A stretch of DNA of 61,715 nt, filler included, from Rhabdomonas costata (taxonomy: Eukaryota): the NCBI GenBank assembly GCA_019059605.1. It is 14 parts of 14 records of this genome, joined end to end, with 100 filler letters (N's around TTAATTAATTAA, not from the genome) between each part and the next. Parts side by side here need not be neighbours in the genome. Positions count along the whole stretch, not along the records: positions 1 to 4,317 come from JAHMHO010000276.1; positions 4,418 to 8,739 come from JAHMHO010000277.1; positions 8,840 to 13,155 come from JAHMHO010000278.1; 11 more parts are not named here. One strand, 5' to 3'. The translations under genes were made by a program, and so were the position numbers. The notes under the pieces were generated by a model that was not told where the DNA came from, ran no database searches, and saw only the letters and a list, made by a program, of their open reading frames with translations. How positions within the stretch are numbered: position 1 is the first letter of the stretch; each line of letters opens with the position of its first letter. Shown in pieces: positions 1 to 8,962 of this stretch.

Positions 1-99
1 GGGTGGGTGTCTCTCTGAAGGACTTGAAAGAAAGATTGCTGCTGTGCATTGGGGTTGTACGTATTGCGGTGCCGCTTGATGGCTTGGGCCCTTCGTTCA

Positions 100-3000
100 T
101 GGGCACAGCGATGCGTTGCTGGCCTGATCACCGCCGATTTCCGGCCTGGTCGGGGACATGGCCAGTGCTCGCACCACGGCGATGGCTGCCCTGCCCGCCT
201 CGCGGGGCGTTACCTCACCCCCAGCCGCCACTGCGGGGGCTTCGCCGAGCTCTGCTCCAAGAGAGTTCTGTGGGCCCTCGCAGACGCGGGGGAGCTTCTC
301 CCAGTGCTGGCCACGCTTGGGCAGCCCCGCTCCAGCAGCGGTGGTGCTTCATCTCTCGCCGCCGCCAACCCTGCAGTCACAGCTGCTGCTGCTAGTCGGC
401 AGAATGGGGAGGAGTGGGAGGCCGCTCTCGCCCGAGTGCTTCTATCTCAGTGCGGGTGTGTGTTAGTATGCGTTTCTGTGAGTGGGTGTGGGTACAGGTT
501 TAGATTTACCGCAGCAAGCGCGGTTACCAAGTCCGTGGACGGGGGTTGCGAGGGGTTGGCGAATCGTGTGCGAGAAGAGTGGCACTTGGGACAGGCGAGA
601 GGTGGGAGGGCTCAAAGAACCAAATGACACCCCTGTCTATTGCATATAACAGTGGCTGAACTCTGTCGGTTGCTGAACTAGCGCTGGGAAGAAGGGGGAG
701 TGCCAAGCTGCACGGTCACATAGCTGCTGAAGAAAGTTCAGTATGAACTTGGCACTGTTTTGGTGAAAGAGGTCGCAGCCAGAAAACCGCCCAGTCTTTC
801 GCAGAGTATGTAACTCTGCGTCCTGTGTTTGCTAAAACGAGGCTGAAACTTTTTTCAGTGCTTGTCCACCGTTGCGGTGTGGTGTGGTGTGCTGGCAGGA
901 CCTCTGTGGAGCACGTGCTGCTGTACACTGCGTTGGCCTTCCACCGGCACAGCTTGGCAGAGATGGCCCTGCAGGGGGAGCCCAGCCGCGGGGCGTGCCT
1001 GCGGAGGGACAACAAGGAGGAGGAGGCGCAGTTGGAGCAGCATCAGGAGCAAGACGAGAGCTCCCTGTGCGCCATTCTGCGGGAGTACTGCGGCTTTCAG
1101 GGCCTGGAGGACCAGAGCCGCGAGCGACGCGAGTTCCAGACCGCCCTTGCTGCGGTAGATGCCCAGCCCTTGTCGTGGTCCACCAGTGATACCTAACTGC
1201 TCTTTCTCTTTTTCCAGGGCTCTAATGGACTCCTCAGTCTTCGGAGTACACGCAAGCATGCGCGCGTGAGCGCATTCGGAGGGGATGGAGGAATTGACAG
1301 GTGGCGAAAGTATGTTCCTAACAAATGTGCTGCAGCTGCGAGGGGCTGTGCTGTTCGACTGTAAGCGATTTCCCCGATTTGTACGAAAAAGGAAGTATCG
1401 CACTGGAGTGGTCGCATGGATTAACCCCTCCAGTTCTCTTTGATCCGGACTTGCCGCCTGAGGCTGGTTATACCCTTGCCTTAATTATCTGCAGGTCTCT
1501 CAGGCCCCCGAGGGGTCCTACAGGGTGGCCTCGCCAGCACTGGTCCGCTTTGTGCTGCTGCACGGCTTCCGGGTTTACCTCACTCTGAAGCTTGCCCTGA
1601 GCCATGGGAGGGGTGGCTATGCGGAGGACTTCTTCGCGGCGCTGGTGGCCCATCACCCAGGCCTCCCCCTGCGAGCGTGTTATGACGACACGGGAGGGAC
1701 AGGTGGAGGAGCCAGAGCATATTTTGAGAGATTTCGAGCGGTGGTTGTGGAGGGAAAAGAGAGAGCTGCAGCTTCTGTGGCGATCGTTTCCTTGGTCCTT
1801 TTGAATAAGGTCCTTCAAAATGTGTATATTTTTGTGTTGTGGAGCATTTCTGGGTTGCGTTGGTTCGTTTTAAGGTGCGGCATACCTTTGAGTGTTCACT
1901 GGCCGCACAACCATAACTTGCTCCCAGGGCGGCATGTGAATGGAGACAGTGGGCGTTGGAGGGAGAATTGCCCATGGTTACCACTGGTAATGTTTAGTTG
2001 TGGGAACAATTTTTACTCTTGGAATACACGAAAATAATAGGATGTACCATATACATAGGTCCCCACGCCCCTCAGCCGCCCGTTCCCGCTCGGGCCTCAG
2101 GCTGGCCTCCACCACTACAACAAACTGATGCTGCCTCCCTTGTCGATCTAGGCGCAGTACCATCGCCCAAACCCCTTAATACGGAAGAAAACTCATTTTG
2201 GATGCATTGGAACAGTTTATGCATCCAACCCACTTCTAAATTTTCATAAAATTTTTGTGCTACTTCTGATCACTACTTTTCGCGCAATGTCTGCTTCCGT
2301 TTTCAGCGAAGGCCGAGCATGGTACCCAGGACGGCAAAGGACTTCGTCGGGTTTGATTGTGAGTGCTCCTCTCTCTTCCCCTCTTGCCTTTGCGCACACA
2401 CTTTTGACTTTGTCGGTGTGTGTAGGGGGTTGCTCGGGGAGTTGCTCCCCGACCAATGCTTGGTCAACGGCAAACTTCTGTTGCTATTGCGCGTTTATCT
2501 TCAGCGGTCATGCAATGTTTTTAAATGGCTCACTCACTTGCATTTAGCTTGCATGGCTCATTCTTGTTGTTCGACACAACAAATGGGATCCAGAGGGAGA
2601 CAAAATGTCTGGAAGCTAGTGCCCGAAGGTGACTGCGTACGTGTGGTACGTTTTTGGAAACTTTTTTTTATAGCTTTTGGTGTTTGTTCTGAAAACTCTG
2701 TGTTGAGATGAAACACGCGGCAGAAGGGCCCTTCTATGCCCTGTATGGCTCTTCAGCATCGGACAATTACCTCTGTGTGACGTTATTTTTCACGCAAGAC
2801 ATGATGAGCAAAGATTTCTGCGGTCCTACAAATTCATGTTTCGTTGATGAGAGTGCACTCAACACGTTACGTTACCTGACTTTGACACCAGTTGGACATC
2901 TCCCACTCCGTGAACCTTGGAATGCTATAATTGGAACAACGGCCGGGAGGTTTGGGGGCATTGTGCCCGCTTGTGTGTCGGAGCAGCTTGTTTCTCAAGT

Positions 3001-4290
3001 GTTTTTGCATCGCTCGGCCTCCTTGCTTTGTAGGCCTGCATCCGAGTCCGCAGCTCGTCCTCGTCCACGTCGTTGTCCTCCCAATCTTCGCGGAAAAGCT
3101 CGGCTTCCCCGCACCGGCGGAAGCGGAAGCGGAAGCGGAGGCGCAGTCGAGAGAGCCGTGGGGGCCGCCACAGGAAGAAAACAAAGGCCAAGGCAAGTCA
3201 TCCCTCGGCGCGGCCCTCCTGGGGTTGCCACAGCAGCTCAGCCGACGAGCAGGATCCTTGTGAGAGGTTCGGGGACAAGCCGTTAGTGGGGTGGAGGCTG
3301 GACCTCCCGCTGCAGGTGCGACCTGTCGTGCGGTCCCGACCTCCCACACGATCACACTCACACTCACACACACTTTGCGGTGGTTTGCAGTGCCTTCCCA
3401 ACCTCCCGTACCCAACGTCCCAGGGGCACACTCTTTTGCCTGACTCCACTCGTATTCTCGTCACTTCATCATCTCGCCCCTCCCAAGGTTCTGGGATGCT
3501 TCCCCCAATAGGCGTTGCTGAGGAAATGATTCCCCCTGTGGCTTTCCCTCCCGTAAGAACCGCCGTGACCTGAACAGCCATGACTAGTTTTCTGTTTTGC
3601 AGGAAAAAATGATGGCTCATACGGCCCGCGTCATGTCAAAAGTGAGTATTACAGCCGAAGCCATAATTCTGCAAAAACTGACCATGGAACCTCAAAGGCG
3701 AGATGTGATGACACTGTTAAGGTCGTTGCAATGTTCAAAAAAGGCTGAAACCTGAAGCACACCATAAAGTCCCGCACCATGAGACAAAACCATGTCACTA
3801 TGTCGCCTTTTCATGCGCCGTATGCAAAGATACCTGCTCATAACAACTATGCTTTTCAATGTAATTTTTTAACGGACATTCCACAGCACACTTTCCCTCC
3901 AAAGAAATATCGCTTGTTAAAGTAAAACGCCTCCTTTAGATTCCATCTCAACAAGCTCTCGCCTTTAAGGTGGCGCGGGCAATCTGTTGTCCAGGCAGTA
4001 AAGCTACGAGTTGGGGTTAAGGTGGCACCAAGTCAGTGTAATGCCAATTTTTTCTCACCTCTTGTCGCGCTGGCGTCAGTTAGGCACTTCTACCACCATC
4101 CTCTCCTTCTCTTTCGGTGGGCGGGTCCGCTGCTCAGGGCGGCTCCAAGGCAGCCAGCTCTGTCACGGGGACCTTCGCGCTGCCGCAACTCCTGTCGAAC
4201 ATGTTTGTAAGGACGCTGCTGGGGCCCGCCGAGGAGCAGTCTTCACCACCCACGGGACCTCGCACCTCTCTGACATCTCCGAAGAGTGAT
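100..4290 (+). CDS. Multi-exon hypothetical protein(s), partial. Likely exons near 100-450, 899-1155, 1495-1702, 3034-3260 (Ser/Arg/Lys-rich) and 4110-4290
   Basis: GC-rich codon-like blocks with AG/GT borders, e.g. ctttgtag|gcctgc...gatcctt|gtgag reading SSSSSTSLSSQSSRKSSASPHRRKRKRKRRRSR. No family recognised, and the boundaries are approximate. Confidence 0.4.
3619..3983 (+). mobile_element. MITE-like dispersed repeat family A, copy 1 (~360 bp, imperfect terminal inverted repeats)
   Basis: Colinear with the reverse complement of 35935-36279 (shared ggaacctcaaaggcga, gatacctgctc, gacattccacagca, ttaaggtggcgcg). The left end gcccgcgtcatgtcaaaagtgag resembles the reverse complement of the right end, gcccgcgccaccttaaaggcgag. 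Confidence 0.7.
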
Positions 4291-4317
4291 CAAACAACCA
4301 CCAACCACACCCAACAC

Positions 4318-4417
4318 NNNNNNNNNNNNNNNNNNNNNNNNNNNNNNNNNNNNNNNNNNNNTTAATTAATTAANNNNNNNNNNNNNNNNNNNNNNNNNNN
4401 NNNNNNNNNNNNNNNNN
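4318..4417. other. Artificial contig linker (44 N + TTAATTAATTAA + 44 N). Identical linkers at 8740-8839, 13156-13255, 17574-17673, 21998-22097, 26405-26504, 30816-30915, 35220-35319, 39631-39730, 44036-44135, 48430-48529, 52803-52902, 57326-57425
   Basis: The same 100-nt spacer with stops in all six frames recurs 13 times, and genes are truncated at the junctions. Confidence 0.99.
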
Positions 4418-5967
4418 GGGTTTTTGTTGGTGTTGGTGTTCGTTTTGGCGGAAGGGTTGGGCAGATTCGGTTTCGGGAAGGATTCGAGCTGCCGCGGGCC
4501 GGCGGCGGCCGGTGCGAGTGAGTGAGTGGTGGGAAGTTAGGTCGTGGAAATTCTTGTGAAACGTAACAGCAGAATGGGGAGTGGGTGGGTAACTCGTGCA
4601 GCCTGGTTTCGTTCCTCACACCAAACTTTCAACTCCCACCCCAGCTTTATGTCTTTGGGATGGGATGCATTTTTTCTGCAGAGAAGTGGAACCACCCAAA
4701 GAGAGGACTCTGCGAGGGAACGGAAGCCTGGGTCACGCTTCACAGCTGGTGTGCGCAGGGTGAGCCCTTTGTTCGATTTTGTTGTTTCCTTTTTTTTTTC
4801 TTTACTTTCGAGGATGGAAGAGGCGTAGAGCCCCAGACATGAAAGGATCACCGCAACCACCGCGAAAGTAAAGGTGAGCCCATGGGGGATGAACTGGGGA
4901 CCTGAGACATGGCAGTACATGTGACACGGAAACGTGTGAGGTGGCGGGGGCTGGAAAATAGATGCGGAGGGGAAGTTCGAATAAGAAAGAGCAGAGAAAT
5001 GGGCCAAGGAAGGATCTAAGAGGAGTGATAATAAGGCTATGGGCTGCAGCTGAGTCCCGAGCGAAGGAAGGCAGGTCGAGACATTCACGACACCATGGCT
5101 GACTCTGAGTTTGGCAAAACGCTCATGCGCATGAGCAAGGCCCCCCCTAACACCACCAAAGGATACTAGATAATAATTAGGCTTAAGGGCAGTTTATCGG
5201 CTGAACATGACATTCGTACAAGAAGGCAAGAAGGCAGAGCGGGCACTGTAGCAGAAGCTCACGGACAAAAAGAGAGCCGTGAGAAGCCTGCGTTATCCAC
5301 GAGTAAGAGAGATTTTTTCGCAGCAACACCAAAGGATACTAGAGAATGTGGGAAATGCGGCACATGAACATTGTATTGAGCGTAACGGCAGTGCAGCGAC
5401 GGGAAACTCTAAATACAGATAGAGAGAGAGGAGGGGCGGGGCTTCACAGCAGTTTATCGGCCGAAAATGAGATTCGTAGAAGAAATTTTTGGAAAACTTT
5501 TGCAGGGGGTAAGGTGGCGATTCACGTGTCCCGAATTTTCAGATAAAAATTGCACACACACACACACCCCTCCCTCCAGATCAATGTCACTTTCGGCCAA
5601 TAAACTGCCTGGATTCCGAATAGTGTCGCATTACTACTCAGCTGAGTAGTTATTACTATTCACCCCCTGAGTAGCGATCACCATTCAGCTGAGTAGTGCA
5701 CTGAATGGTGATTCCGATAGTGTTGGCTTGAGGAGCGTCTGATATGGAGGGGAACTGTCCTCTTCTTTTCGTACATATCGATCTTACCCGAAATTGGAAT
5801 GCCTTTGGGAGCGGTTTTGGAGAATTCCGGGAACCTTGCGGAATCCCCTGTTTTAGTTGTGAGGATTTTTGGGGACGAAACCGCATCCTGCGTGCACGCG
5901 GATGCCTGACTTTCCCGGACCTCACTTACTGCATTTCGTTTTATAGTTTGTCAACCTCAACCCGAAG

Positions 5968-8646
5968 ATGAAGGGCGCGAACATCGAAATTCTTGGGGCT
6001 GGCCACTTGGCTCGGAACACCACCAACCGGTGGGGCTCGGTGTCCCTGTCCCACAGCGTGCTGGGAACGTGCCCCTCTCCGGTGGCCTTTGGGGTGATGG
6101 CCAAGGCCACCGATGCTCTGATTGGGTTCAGCACTCCCGTTCCTGTGGGGCAGCCATTCAGCAAAGCGAAGGCGTTCTACGTCTTCCTGAAGAATGGGTC
6201 GAAGGTTTTCCGGGGCGAAGGGCAGCAGGACCACACTGAAAAGTACGGCGACAAGTGGGACGCCGAGGACATTGTTGCCGCGGTGCTGGACTGCCGGAAG
6301 AAAACCATCTCCTTCTGGGTGAACGGCGAGGACCAGGGGGTGGCCTTCTCCCGTGTGGACCTGTGTGAGTCCCTGGTGCCGTACCTCGCGGTGCAGGCGG
6401 GCACACTGCTGGCGATGACCTCAGGCCCTGCGCTGGGAGAGGGCGTGCTTTGGCTGACGGAGGCCCTGCCTCACCTCCAGCAGCACCCCTCCTTCGTGCA
6501 GCCCGCTCCCCGGACCATCCGTGTCAACCGAAGGTGAGCCTCCTCGTCCCCTCTCGCCCCCGCCCCTTCCCTTCCTCGGGAGTTTCCCATTTTAATGCGG
6601 GAGAGAGAGGTGGTGGCCAGGTTTTTGTTTTGGGTTTTTTCATTACGGCCAGGCTCTTTTCTTTCACCCAAACGTTGTGCACCGGTTTGCCTGGTAATTT
6701 GTTTTGTGAAAAGGTTGCCTATGTCCTCTTAGAGTTGTGGTTTTTTGCTTGCGATATTGCCTCCGTCCCCCAGCCCTCCGCGTAACCCGTTGAGCTGGCG
6801 TTTCCCACGGCAATTCCCAAAGAAGCCGTGTGGCAGGCCACGCTCCCGTCTCCCATGCATGGCACTGTACTCGGCGATTTCTTTCTTTTATAGCACAGCG
6901 AGGAGTAGGGGCTGATAGTACGCGCTTTCTGTGTTGTGGTTTGGTCTTGAAAAGCTGTGCCCCACCGGTGGAGGCCTTGTTTCGGAAGGCGGACGAGGGA
7001 ACGCGGCGGAAGTTTCTGGAGCTGGTGGAGCAGCGGATTGACGGCGAGGACTGCTGCCTGATGGGAGGCGAGAGGTGCATCGAGGTGGTGGACGTGTGGA
7101 CGGTATTCAACCCAATGCTGCAGGAGCAGTACGAGCGGCACCGCGGGCTGAAAGAGATCTATGCCTTCCACGGGACTGCAGCGGAGAATCTTGTTGCGAT
7201 CTGTCAGCAGGGATACTCTCCGGACTGCCGGTACGTCAACGCGTACGGGGTGGGCACCTACACGGCGAAGAACCCGATGGTCTCTGTGGGGTACTGCAAA
7301 GGGGACTGTTACATGGTGCTGAACCGTGCGAAGCTGCTGGAGGACAGAGGCAGCTGTGGGGACGTGTGGGTGCCAGGCTGCAAGTGAGCATCTGTTTCTG
7401 CTTGTTTTGCTTCTTCCCCCTCACGCCACACGCTCGGGTGTCGATATGGGTGGATATTACGGGGAGCAAACCTGCGTGCAAGTCTGCGATGTTTTGCATC
7501 GCACAGCAAGTGAAATTCCTTGCCGCTGCCAAATTTTGTTTTGACAAGACGTCAACTGGAATAGGATGCACGTTCACAGGGAATGTGAGGGAAGTTGCAG
7601 GGTAGTGTGCATTTCATTGCAAAGCGTTGCAAACCTTCCCGCCCATGCGGTCTTTCGGTTGTTGTTGAGTCTGATAGGCACGGTGTGCGCGTCTCGTCTT
7701 TTGTGTTGCCTTCGCAAGCAGGGGCGATGACATGGATGGGGTAGCGCGTTGTTGTGAGAGGCAGTTGGTGCCGCGTTTTGTTCGGGCATGCCGTACTGAT
7801 TCGAGTGTGTTGTGGTTGCACTTGCATTTTCTCTCTCTCTCTCTCTCTCTTTCTCTTTCTTTTTTCTGATTCAGGTATTACGTGGTGAGGGATGTGACGC
7901 GCCTTTTGCCGTGCGCGGTGCTGGTGTTCCGGCTCCCGGGGCAGCCCCTGCGGCGTGTGCTGGACCTGGAGCAGAGGGTGCTGGGGCTGGAGGTGCAGCT
8001 TCTTGTGGACACGGGGATCGTTTCGCACCAGAAGTACGATCGCACCGCGGCCTCCGCTGTGCTTTGTGAGCGGGCCCATCGGAGCTGCACCATGACAGAG
8101 AAGTCCACCACAAAGGTAACTCCGTGCGACTGGAGCGCTGCAGGGCTGTTTAGGTTGTGGAGCATCTGGACATGTGGTGAGGAAGAGCGGCATTTTTTTT
8201 GAGTTGTTGCCACTGACGGTAAGGCGCCGACGTTCTGGTCGGCTTCTTCATCTTTTTCATGTTTCTGATATGGAGTGCAATCTGCGCCGAGGATTACGAT
8301 GCTCTGGCAAGTTCCAAGTTTCCAGAAGCTTCCTCTCTCTCTCTCATTCGTTCTCGTTCTCTCTCTGTTCTTCACAGATCGCCATTGGGTTCTTTGGAGC
8401 TTCCGTCTCCGAGGAGGAGATCTGGCAGGTTCTTGCGCAGCATCTGCCTGAGCTCTCGCGGGACTGCATGGAGGAGTATTCGATTGATTTTGAGGGCATG
8501 CGGTTCCGCATCCTGGTGGCCCAGCTGAAGAAGCCCCTGCTGAGAAGCGCTGTGCTTCAGATGGAGGAGCGGCTGAAGAGGGCTCCCCTGTGGGTGGATG
8601 ACGTACAGCTCTTCCAGGAGAAGAAGAACGCGCAGCCCTGCCCCCG
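5968..8646 (+). CDS. SPRY/B30.2 domain + PARP-family (mono-)ADP-ribosyltransferase + RRM-like domain protein, 3' truncated. Exons 5968-6533, 6955-7383, 7875-8115, 8378-~8646
   Basis: SPRY signature DIVAAVLDCRKKTISFWVNGEDQGVAF. ART motifs AFHGT, AYGVGTYTAKNPMVSVGY and KYYVVRDVTRLLPCAVLVF. All three GT-AG introns are phase-consistent (2, 2, 0). Confidence 0.85.
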
Positions 8647-8962
8647 GGCGATCTGTGAAGAACAGAGAGAGAACGAGAACGAATGAGAGAGAGAGAGGAG
8701 AGAGGAAAGTTCTGCAAAATGGTATACACAAGAGCACACNNNNNNNNNNNNNNNNNNNNNNNNNNNNNNNNNNNNNNNNNNNNTTAATTAATTAANNNNN
8801 NNNNNNNNNNNNNNNNNNNNNNNNNNNNNNNNNNNNNNNTGTGGTGGTTGCGCACCAACGAGATCACGCAGTCCTGCTGCACCCCCGCACATCAAATAGC
8901 TCGAGGCCTTCTGACCAAAGGGGACTCACGAAAAGGGTGGGGAGAGCGACCTCCACGGTAAC

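Noticed and set aside
3030..3110. Minus-strand peptide ELFREDWEDNDVDEDELRTRMQ resembling Sem1/DSS1
   Set aside because: It has no plausible start or acceptor. The plus strand has a properly bounded Ser/Arg-rich exon whose antisense explains the acidic pattern.
4362..4373. TTAATTAATTAA recurring every ~4.4 kb as a biological periodic motif
   Set aside because: It is always centred in N runs and is an artificial all-frame stop linker.
4291..4440. G/T- and A/C-rich contig ends as telomeres of gene-sized nanochromosomes
   Set aside because: The polarity is opposite to telomeres (the G/T strand is at the 5' start), there is no fixed repeat unit and genes are cut mid-exon. The uniform ~4.3 kb length is better explained by size-sorted concatenation.
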